From positions 172,238,001 through 172,302,000 of the forward strand of contig CM059425.1 in NCBI GenBank assembly GCA_030390025.1: a stretch of 64,000 nucleotides of DNA. Direction: 5' to 3'. The DNA is from Squalus acanthias (lineage: Eukaryota). A program made the position numbers and the translations under genes. How positions within the stretch are numbered: the stretch's first letter is position 1; each line of letters opens with the position of its first letter. The notes beneath the pieces were generated by a model. That model did no database searches. It saw nothing but the letters and a program-made list of their open reading frames with translations, and was not told the DNA's origin. Below, in pieces: positions 25,655-36,439 of this stretch.

Positions 25655-27650
25655 GTTACATGGGAATATTCTTGGGGAAAAAATGGTGCTGTACTGAAAC
25701 TTCCCAGGAATTTCTGCGCCAATATGTCTGGTTTAATTTCCAGCATTATTGTTATACGCACAAACTTTGCCAGCAGTCACTTTGATGCAAATATTGTAGA
25801 ATCATTAGTAGCTACATTTAAAATATGAGACACTCTCTGAGACTCTCTCACAAACAGACTCTCTGAGACTCGCTATTTCATGCACAGACTCTCTGAGGCT
25901 CATCCTCTCACTTGATTATAAAAGTTATGATGCTAAAACCTGATTTTGACTTCCACAGCAACTGCACATTCACAATTTATTCTGAGCAAAATAAGAACTT
26001 CAAAATGAGAGTGCAGTTTAATCAAAAACAAATTCCCAGCGCAGCATCAATAAAAGTGAAATACATATCATTCTTAAATTTACACATCTAACAAAGTCTG
26101 AAACTTCACTTTGCAAAAATTTAATCTAAGAATAATTTGTCTTCTGTGTTAACTCTATGCTAGTCTTGAATGAGCTTTTTATTTAAATACACATAGTTCC
26201 TGGTGTCATAGTACAAATGTAACTATGAATTACACACTGATGCACACATCTTTGAATTTAGTGAAAACTGAAAATCCATGGAAAATCTCAAGTGATCTAA
26301 TTTGTACCGTTACAGTTGTCCAGCATACTTCAGGCAGTGGGCAACCATGCAAGGAATGGGAAGACAAATGTGTCTCTGAAGTAAATCTTCATTCTTCAGA
26401 TTTGAAGTCGTTTGCATTGCATGTGTGATACTTCCTCAAATAGTCATGAGTAACAATCCAATGGTAAATTTGTAAATTTTGATCTAGTGGAAAAACTTCC
26501 AATAATTTTATGGGTGGAGCTTGCATATGTATGTTTATTGGAAAACCAATTTATAATGTTTACCTATGGGACTGCCTGCTTTCTCAGTTTGGGAATGGAT
26601 GGCATGGGGAAGAATGCCATAGGTGCTGAATATTGTACCCATGATTTGATTACTTTTTAAGACTAAAGGTATTTGCTTCCTCAAACAACAATGTTTTGGA
26701 GTATTGTGGTTCTGCTCCTGCAAGACGATGGAGGTATAATCTAGATTCCAATTTGTCATACTTGCGCAGTGTAGATTGGTGTTCTACACTTCACAAGAGC
26801 TGCATTGTGGAATGCCTTCGTCGAATTTTGGCTTGAGTTTCTGCTGATAGTTGATTGCCATCCTCAGGAGATATGTAAGTTGCAGAGAATGAATATTGTG
26901 CCTTGTCCGAAGAAGGAATTTTGAGCTTGATAGGCCAGAAAGCCTTTTCTCCCACCAAACTTTTTATTTAAGTTTTTTTCGTTTACAAAATATGCTGTGG
27001 AAGTTTTATTGTGTTCATATTATAAGAATCTGCACCACCTGCAGCTAAGAGTGCAGGCAGGTAACCTGTTCCTTGGCACCTGTCAGTACCATTTTAGACC
27101 TGCTGTTCGACGATGTGACAAAGCTTTCCTCCGACGCCTTGCAAGTGTCTGGCATTTCCCACAGCAGCAAGGCTTGGTAAAATTGAGTTACATGCATTGT
27201 TGCAGCACTGCATTGTTCCACCATATTTCAAATTAAATATTTCCTTGAATACGATATTATATTTAACCCTTAAAACAGTTACTCTTGCCTGTTTATAAGT
27301 TGCGTAAAGCCTCAGAAGTGTTGCTCCGTAGATCTGTGTTTACCACTTTGATTGGTTGTGAGAAAACTGCAAATGATTCAAGAATTCCAATATACTTAAT
27401 ATTTTCTATTGCAGACTTGTACTTTCCTCTATTTAATTCATATCCATTTTTTTGCAGTCAAATAACGTAATAAATGTGTAATGTTCAGCAGGGCAATGCT
27501 TAGAGTACATTCCGCCTACTTATGAAACAACAACAATTTGCATTTATATAGCACTTTTAACATAGTAAAACTTCTCCAGGTGCTTCACGGGAGCATTATC
27601 AACAAAATTTAACAGCGAGCCACATGAGATATTAGGACAAGTAACCAAAA

Positions 27651-28410
27651 TAACAACAGAAAACACTGGAAAAACTCAGCAGGCCAGGCAGCATCCGTGG
27701 AGAGAGAAACAGAGTTAACGTTTCAGGTCGAAGACCCTTCGTCAGAACTGGAAAAAAACAGGAAATGAAATAGATTTAAAGCAAGTATAAAGCTGGGAAA
27801 AGGGGGAGGGGATGAAAGAACAAAGGGGAAGGTCAGTGGTAGTATAGAAGGCAGGAGAGATTAAGAGACATTGAGAGACATTAAGAGATATTCAAGGCGA
27901 GAGGAGGTGGTAATGTGACAGGTTGAAGCTAGATGAGGTGTGAAATGCGCTGGCGGAATGAAGGACAGCTGCCAGCTTCAGGGAGGGAAGAAAAAAAGGG
28001 GCCAAACAAAAGGGTGGATGAAAAAATAAATAAATATATATATATATGTGATAGGGGCCGTGGTTATGATCTGAAATTGTTGAACTCTATGTTGAGTCCA
28101 GAGGGCTGTAGCGTGCCTAAACGAAAGATGAGGTGCTGTTCCTCGAGCTTACGCTGAGCTTCCGTGGAACAATGCAAGAGGCCGAGGACGGTGAGGTCAG
28201 AGTGGGAGTGGAGTGGAGAATTAAAGTGACAGGCCACCGGGAGCTCGGGGTCCCCCTTTCAGACTGAACGGAGGTGTTCCGCAAAGCGGTCACCCAATCT
28301 GCATTTGGTCTCCCAATGTAGAGGAGACCACATCGTGAGCTGCGAATACAGTATACTAAATTGCAGGAAGTACACGTAAATCGCTGTTTCACCTGGAAGG
28401 GGTGTTTGGG
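27651..28410 (-). mobile_element. Penelope-like element 3' part: GIY-YIG endonuclease remnant, 3' UTR, hammerhead
   Basis: FQVKQRFTCTSCNLVYCIRSSRCGLLYIG, then after a frameshift ...LGDRFAEHLRS...PVACHFNS...RKLEEQHLIFRLGTLQPSGLN; hammerhead motif at 27713-27749. Confidence 0.92.
27713..27749 (-). ncRNA. Minimal type I hammerhead ribozyme motif
   Basis: Minus strand reads AGTT-CTGACGA-A-GGGTC-TTC-GACCT-GAA-ACGT-T-AACT: stem I AGTT/AACT, stem II GGGTC/GACCT, palindromic ACGT helix III. Confidence 0.75.
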
Positions 28411-28675
28411 AAAAGTTTGGTCAAAGAGGTAAGTTTTAAGGAGACTCTTAAAGGAGGAGAAAGAGGTTGAGAGGTTTTGGGTGGTAATTTCAGAGCTTAG
28501 GGCAGCTGAAGGCACGGTCGCCAATGGTGGAGTGACTAAAATCGGGGATGCGCAAGAGGCCAGAATTGGGGAGCGCAGATATCTGAGCATTATAGGGCTG
28601 GAGGAGGTTACAGAGATAGGGAGGGATGACTTCATGGATGGTTTTGAAAGCAAGGATGAGAATTTTAAAATCGAG

Positions 28676-29000
28676 TGCTGCACTGTCGGAGGTGCTGTCT
28701 TTTGGATGAGACGTTAAACTGAGGCCCCGGTTGCCCCCTCAGGTGGACATAAAAGATCCTGCGGCAGTATTTCGAAGAAGAGCAGGGGAGTTATCCCCGG
28801 TGTCCTAACCAATATTATCCCTCAATCAACATCACTTAAAAAAAAATTATCTGGTCATTGCTGTTTGTGGGACCTTGCCAGGCGCAAATTGGCTGTCATT
28901 ACACAGTGACTACACTTCAAAAAGTACTTCATTGGCTGTAAAGCACTTTGGGATGTCTGGTGGTTGTAAAAGGCACTATATAAATGCAAGTCTTTCTTTT
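28676..29000 (+). mobile_element. Deu-domain SINE (SacSINE1/AmnSINE1-like), 5'-truncated
   Basis: gtgctgcactgtcggaggtg...ggatgagacgttaaactgaggcccc...caggtggacataaaagatcc...gaagaagagcaggggag core plus L2-like tail. Confidence 0.88.
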
Positions 29001-29094
29001 GTGGATGAGTGTTTCAGCAGCCAAATGAGCTGAGGCATAAGTGTGATGTATTTTTACACAGTTCTGGGTGTTAATAATTAAGTTAGTGATTAAA

Positions 29095-29508
29095 ATTCAG
29101 AATGATACCAGGGTTTAAATGGTTAAATTATGAGGACAGATTGCATAAACATAGATTTTATTCCCTTGAATTTAGCAGGTTGAAGGGTGATCTAATCAAG
29201 GTGTTTAAAATGATAGAGATTCGATAGGGTAGATACAAAGAAACTATTACCTCTGGTGGGGAAATCCAGAAAAAGAAGGCATAATCCAAAAATTAGAGCT
29301 AACCCATTTAGGAGTGAAATCAGGAAGCTCATTTTCACACAAACGGTAGTGGAAATCTGGAACTCCTTCCCGCCCCCTGTCAAAAGGCTGTGGATGCTGG
29401 GTCCATTGAGATATATGGAACAAAGGCGGGTAAATGGAGTTGAGGTACAAATCAGCCATTATTTAATTGAATGGCGGAACAGGCTTAATGGCCTACTCCT
29501 GTTCCTAT
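29095..29508 (+). mobile_element. Old CR1 3' fragment
   Basis: RPFRSE/FTQ.VV..WNS-like remnants and CR1 3' UTR. Confidence 0.8.
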
Positions 29509-30181
29509 AAAATTGAAAACTTGGTCATATTTCTGAATCCCATAGATTAGAAACAATTTTAAAAGGGTTTTTGTTAACTTCTAATTTAAGAATACTTCAA
29601 GCATATGGCTTGCAGTCGGTAGTTCGCGTTGTCTGAGCCCTTTCTGACCTTGTCATACTTTGAGTCACAGGAGAGATCTTGCTACACTGACATATAATAT
29701 CAGTGAAACAGTAGAGGAGTATCTGAGATTCCTAGAATAACCTTGGAGAGTACATGCCTAGAGGTGTTTAATAATGAAGAGTCCTTTCAAGCATACTCAA
29801 TACATTTTAACATCTTAACGATCCTGACCTTACATTTGCAATGCAGCCAACTACAGTGCCATGAGGCTTTTTTGTTGAATTCTGGGTAAGATAGTATCTG
29901 ATTGTAAAATTCTTTGGGGATTTGAAAGTGCCTGTGGCAAAAAGGTACATTTGAAGGACATTCTACAGAGACACTCGAGTTAATCGGCTCAGTTTCTTTT
30001 ACAGTAAAGCCCTTATGGACATATCCTTACAAAACATTTCATCATTCTGCAATCCATAACATACAGTGGCAATAGAGTGTGTTGGTAATAAAAATATTTT
30101 TCTTTACATGGTGGAGCTTTTTTTCCACCTTCTGGAACATCTTGTAATTGAGGCTCATTAATAAAATCATTCTGCTTTTAT

Positions 30182-30720
30182 GTGTCAGCCTTAGCTCAGT
30201 GTAACACACTCGTCTGAGTCAGAAGATCGGGGTTCAAGCTCCAGTCCAAAGACTAGAGCATGTAATCAAGGTAGACACTTCAGGTGGACGTAAAAGATTC
30301 CATGGCTCCATTTGAAGAACAGCAGAGGAGTTCTCCTGGTGTCCCTGCCAATATTTATCCTTTAATCGCCATAACTAAAAAAAATCAAAATTTTCTTGTC
30401 ATTTATCTCATTGCTGTTTGTGGGATCTTTCTGTGCACAAATTGGCTGCTGTGTTTCTCTGTACAGTCCCCACCACTTACACCATCCCCGTTTATCCTGG
30501 ACAGCCGCCTCTATTGGGCAAATCGTGCTGACCATTTGTCATTACCACAGCCGTCAATTACAAAGGCGCCACTAAACTCTGTTAAGCCGGCTGGCTATTT
30601 TGCGTATCGCGGGCAACAGTTACTGCACTTCAAAAATACTTCATTGGCTGTGAAGTGCTTTAGAAAGCCTTGAGGTCATGAAAGGTACTATATAGATACA
30701 AGTTCTTACTTTTCTTTCTT
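30182..30720 (+). mobile_element. Deu-domain SINE with tRNA-like head, internal deletion and a ~150-bp insertion (~30460-30612)
   Basis: Box A-like tagctcagtg, box B-like ggttcaagctcc, core caggtggacgtaaaagattccatgg and L2-like tail. Confidence 0.8.
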
Positions 30721-30759
30721 TGTAGACGAGTTCTTACTAAAACAAAGACATTTTTTGAA

Positions 30760-33560
30760 AGATTTGAGTGTGGTGAATAAGGTTGGTGAGCTACAAGCAC
30801 AATTAGCCGTGTGGCAATATGATGCTGTGGCAATAACGGAAACGTGGCTTAAAAACGGTGAGGACTGGGCACTTAATATTCAAGGGTTCAGAAAAGATAG
30901 GGAAGGAAAAAAGGGAGGTGGGGTGGCAGTGCTGATTAAGGAAGACATCGTAGCGTTGGAAAGGGATGATCTTGAGGGGACAAGGACAGAATCCATTTGG
31001 TTAGAGTTGAGGAGCAAAAAGGATATGATCACGCTATTGGGCGTATTCTATAGGCCTCCAAATAGTGAGAGGGAGGTAGAGGAGCAAATCTGCAGGGAAA
31101 TCGCAGAGATATGCAAGAGCTATAGAGTGGTGATATTGGGGGACTTTAATTACCCAAATATCGATTGGGATAATGCTAGGGTAAAGGGAAAGGAGGGGGA
31201 GGAATTTCTAATGTGTTCAGGAGAATTTCCTCGACCAGTATGTTCTTGGCCCAACTAGAAAGGAGGCATTGCTGGGGAATTGAGGTGGGCCAGGTCGACC
31301 AAGTGTCTGGGAGAACACTTGGGTACGAGTCATCATCGTATCATAAGATTTAGATTAGCAATGGAGAGGAGCAAGGAACAATCTAGAGTGGAACTTCTAA
31401 ACTGGAATAGGGCTAACATCAATGGGATGCGAAAGGATCTAGCCAGAGTAAAATGGAACCAAAGACTGACAGGAAAAACTGTAACAGAACAATGGGTGAT
31501 CTTTAAGGAGGAGATGTTCCAAGTACAGGCTAGGTATATTCCAACAAGAGGGAAGGGTAAGGGAACCAAAGCAAGGGCTCCTTGGATGACGAGGGAGATA
31601 AAGAAGATGATGAAACAAAAAAAGAGGGTGTATGATGAATGTCAGGTGAATTCTTTAAGGGAGAACCAGACCAAATACAGTAAGTTGAGAGGGGAAGTGA
31701 AGATGAAAATAAGATTGGCAAAGAGAGAATATGAGAGTAGAATGGCGGTTAACATAAAAGGGAATCCAAAAATCTTTTACCGGCATATAAACAGTAAGCG
31801 GGTAGTAAGAAGCGGGGTGGGCCCAATAGGGACAAAGAAGGTGATATATGATAAGAAGCGCAGGGCAAGGCTAAAATACTCAATGAGTACTTTGTATCAG
31901 TGTTTACTAAGAAGGTGGATGCTGACAAAATATCAGTAGAAGTGGAAAAGGTAGAAGCAATGGAAGGGGTGAAAATTGATAGACAGGATGTACTAGAAAG
32001 GCTGTGTATGCTTAGAGTGGATAAGTCGCCTGGTCCAGATGGCTTGCATCCCAGGTTGCAAAGGGAATTGGGGGAGGAGATAGCGGAAGGGCTTGCCATA
32101 ATTTTCCAATCTTCCCTAGATGCGGGGGATGTGCCTGAGAATTGTAAAGTGGCAAATGTGACACCATTGTTCAAGAAAGGGTGCAAGGACAATCCTAGTA
32201 ACTACAGACCAGTCAATTTAACATCAGTGGTGGGTAAAGTTTTTAGAAACAATAATCAAGGAAAAAATTAACGGGCACTTGGAGAGGTTTAAGCTAATTA
32301 AGGAGAGCCAACACGGATTTGTAAAAGGCAAATCGTGTTTGTCTAATCTAATTGAATTTTTTGATGAAGTAACAGGGTGGATTGATGAAGGGAATGCAAT
32401 GGATGTTGTCTACGTGGATTTTAGGAAGGCGTTTGACAAAGTACCACATAGAAGGCTGAGTAACAAAATGGTGGATCAGTGGATAAGGAATTGGCTTAAG
32501 GACAGAAACCAGCGAGTTGAGATAAATGGCTGTTTTTCAGACTGGAGAATGGTAGACAGTGGTGTTCCCAAGGGTCAGTGCTGGGCCCACAGCTTTTTTT
32601 GATATATATAAATGACCTGGATATTGGAATACAGAGTAGAATTTCTAAATTTGCCGATGACACCAAACTTGGGGGTGTGGCAAACAGTGATAATGATACC
32701 AATCGACTGCAACAGGACATAGAAAGGCTAGCAGAATGGGCAGACATGTGGCAGATGGAATTTAATACAGAGAAGTGTGAGGTGATGCATTTTGGCAGAA
32801 GGAACAGGGAGAGACATTACACTTAATGGCACAGTTTTAAAGAGTATGCAGGGACAGAGGGACCTGGGAGTTAATGTGCATAGGTCCCTGAAGGTGACAT
32901 ATTGAGAGAGTGGTTAACAAAGCATATGAGATCTTGGACTTCATAAATAGAGGTATTGAGTACAAAAGCAGAGAAGTTATGCTGAACCTTTATAACGCGC
33001 TGGTTAGGCCGCAACTGGAGTATTGCATCCAGTTCTGGTCACCACACTTTAGGAAGGATGTGAAGGCACTTGAGAGGGTGAAGAGGAGATTTACCAGAAT
33101 GGTTCCGGGGATGGGGGATCTTAGCTACAAGGACAGGTTGGAGAAGCTGGATTTGTTTTCATTAGAACAAAGGAGGTTGAGAGGTGATTTGATAGAGGTG
33201 TACAAGATTATGACGGGTTTGGATAGGCTAGACGGGGAAAGGCTGTTCCAACTAGTTGATGGTACAATGACTAGGGGACACAGATTTAATGTTTTGGGCA
33301 AGAGATGCAGGGGGGACGTGAGGAAAAAAAATTTTATGCAGCGAGTGATGAGGACCTGGAACTCGCTGCTGACGGAAGTGGTGGAAGCGGACACACTCAA
33401 TGTTTTCAAGGGGAGACTGGATAGGCACTTGAGGGAAATAAACTTGCAGGGCTACGTGGATAGAGCAGGGGAATGGGACTGACTGGATTGCTCTGCAGAG
33501 AGCCGGCACGGACTCGATGGGCCGAATGGCCTCCTTTTGTGCCGTAATGACAAGACTCTA
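30760..33560 (+). mobile_element. Near-complete CR1 ORF2 (APE endonuclease + RT), multiply frameshifted, with 3' UTR
   Basis: AITETWL, GGGVAV, YRPP and GDFNYPNIDW (APE); KSPGPDGLHP, NYRPVNLTS, DFRKAFDKVPH and FADDTK (RT). Confidence 0.95.
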
Positions 33561-33663
33561 AATTAAAATTTGGTTAGTAAATAGTTATTGCATTGCGATC
33601 AGATCAGATTAGAATTTGGTAGAGCTGCAATTTAAAAAAAAAAAATAGTTTATTGGTTGACAT

Positions 33664-34406
33664 TGGCCCAAAAATTCGTGAGGAAGCCTTCGTGCGAGGG
33701 TAAGGCTTCCCCGCGATCTCTCACTGCGCGTTGGCTTTTTCAGTTCCAGCTCGCACGAACTTGATGTTCTGGACAGCTGCTGTGCTGGGCTTGCGTATCC
33801 CACAGGCCTAGTTAATTCGTGCGAGCTGTGGGATCACGTGACTCAGTTAGAGCCAATGGCAGCACACCATCTTCCATTCATAACTTTCACATAAGTGCTG
33901 TGAAAGCTATGAATACTATAGCCCCCCAAAAGAACAGCTAAACCTCAATTAAATTTAAAAAAAACATCACATTAATAAAATAAGTATAGTTAAATAAATT
34001 AACCATTTTAAATAAAAAATAAAATTTTTGAAAAAATTTAAAATCTTTTAAAAAGTTATAAAAATAAACTTACCTGTCTTTAAAGTCTCTAAAAAAGATA
34101 TACCTGTTAAAAAAAATTCAAAATAATACTTAATTCACTACTTACCTTGTTAAAAGTGGGTCTTACTCCTCCTTTTTTTATGTGTAAAATCTTCCATACT
34201 TACCTGCGCGTTGAAACCACTAAGTGCACTGCATGCGCGCAGCCTGTAGCGCGCACGCGGTTCACCTAGGAACCGCCCTCTTTTCCATTCACCAAGTGCC
34301 GGTTTTCAGTGCATGCGCAGTGCATGCAGAAAACCGGCAATTGGAGACAGAATACGCGAGAGTACACAGTGCGTACTCTCGCGTATCAACACAAATTTTT
34401 GGGCCA
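33664..34406. mobile_element. Harbinger-type MITE, 743 bp
   Basis: TIR TGGCCCAAAAATT...AATTTTTGGGCCA; AT on both flanks. Confidence 0.88.
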
Positions 34407-36088
34407 ATGTTTTCCTTTCTTCAGAAGGAGTCTAGCATAGTAAGTGAGTTAACCAGTGCACCTATCAACATTACAGTGGCTCTGAGTTTTTCCAACTCCA
34501 TCGAGCAGATCAGCTATATTGGCCTTTAAAGTGTTTGTGTTCTTTTGTGGATTTTTACATATTTATTATGTGTTCAACATTACTTTTAGGGAAATATATT
34601 GGGGTGGGTGGAGAGCCATCATGGTTGCTGAAAAGAGTTTGAATTTTTTTTCCAGTACTTGATTTTTTTAAGGAAGGGAATTCTTTTGAGAAAGTGACAC
34701 AAGTTTTTAAGTGTTCTTTGGTTCGCTCAAATTTCACAGCATGCAGTTAGTATGCCTCGTGCTTTGGACAGAGCCGATGCAAGGCTTTTAATTAAATAGA
34801 TAATGGTTCCAAATAATTAAAATTAAAGTAATTGAAAATGAATATAATTTCATTTATATAGCACATTATTGTCTTTGAAACATCTCAAAGTGCTTCACAT
34901 GATTAATTACTTTTTTGGAGTGAAGTGTCTGTTGTCTTTTGCAAATATATCAGAATCATATAACTTCGCTTAGAATCAATCTTTCAGCACAGTAAATAGT
35001 AGGAATCAGTTTTAGAAAGGTTCATTTTGCTTATTCATACTCCTGAGCATTCATTCTTCACCATTTGACTTCTGGTTGTTTGATTTACAGGTATGAAGAA
35101 CAGAACTCAGTCGTGTGAATTGCATAAGTAGTGCCCATTCTGAAAATAATCTCTATTGTCAAAAGTTGAATATCTTCACAACATAGTTAGGGAGAACTTT
35201 GTCAAAGGGTAATCTTTCTTAGCGCCTTGCTGTACATCAGAAAAATGTACTATCTGACAGTTCTGGGGCACTACTGACTTAAATGTACTGTGGAATAATG
35301 TAATCTCTACAAGCTATGATTGGAGCATTAAAAATACAGGTTTGATATTAGAATACAAACCTAAAATGTCAGCCATGCTACTTGTAAACCCATGGTACAC
35401 ATTGATCAGACATTTGTTCAGTAGAGAAATTTATCAATCAATAGTTTTCATAGGCCTGTAAAATTACCCCCTGTATAGGCTTCTATTTTGTGGTTTAATT
35501 TTTAAAAACATTTTGAGCATAAGCAAAATAGATCCTCTCATTATTAAATTATTGGCAGAATATTAGGTTACAAATAATAAACTTATACATCGGTTCTTAT
35601 TATGTTTTCTGTGTCAAGATCCAATGGAAAGATTTGAAATGCCATCTTTTCAAATAATTTGAACTTATAAAAAAAAGTTATAGATTTGATGGATTTTTAA
35701 AAAACTAATGCATATTTTCTGACGCAACAATTTTCCTGAGAACTTTTTTTCATTTACATTTAAGTGTTGAAGATTATCTATTTTAGACCACCTCTCTGAG
35801 ACATGCCAATTTCAGCTTATTTATATTCACACATTAAATGAGCATTTTAAGAAAAAGTAACTTTTCATGTCTTGCTCAGCAACCAAATCCTTTTTATAAA
35901 TTATGGGTTGTTAAGTAACATACTAATTAAATGCAACAAAGTAACATGAGATCTAGTACAAACACACCATCTGGTGAATTAGCAAAATATATTTCATGTT
36001 TGATTCCTGGGAGCCGTAGAATGTAATGGTGCCTTCGGAGCTAATTGTTACGTAAACTCCTTAATCTGTTTAGGATGCATTTCTGGAC

Positions 36089-36225
36089 ACTTCTGATGAA
36101 AGATCACTGACCTGAAACGTTAACTCTGTTTCTTTCTCCACTGATGCTGCCTAACCTGCTGAGTATTGCCAACATTTTCTGTTTTCATTTTAAATTTCCA
36201 GCATCCGCACTATTTTGCTTTTGCG
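36089..36225 (+). mobile_element. Penelope-like 3' fragment with degenerate hammerhead
   Basis: CTGATGAA-AGATC-ACT-GACCT-GAAACGTTAACT plus tail. Confidence 0.78.
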
Positions 36226-36439
36226 TTTCTGGACAATATTCTGTCCTACAATGTACAAGTATACAGGCAATGAAGGGAACAGGGAGGTGTAATTGGACAC
36301 CACTCACCCAGCATTCTGCTTGAAATTGTGTAATTTGATCCAGTCGGTGGCAGTCAGGCTGGAGACAGGCAGTGCTGCATTCAGAAATAGTGGCCAATGT
36401 ATACTGGCACTACAGGCATAACCCGTCAGAGTTCAGAAA

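Larger units (their letters stand above)
27528..28678 (-). mobile_element. L2 3' fragment split by a Penelope insertion
   Basis: L2 tail at 27528-27650 resumes at 28411 (aaaagtttggtcaaagagg); reverse complement of ~2460-2875. Confidence 0.8.

Noticed and set aside
26225..27240. Possible nested gene or alternative exon (short ORFs, gtaagt at 26875)
   Set aside because: No recognisable domain, stops in the frames I translated and no convincing acceptor; a conserved non-coding role cannot be judged without alignments.
30182..30250. tRNA gene
   Set aside because: Degenerate tRNA-derived SINE head with no complete cloverleaf.
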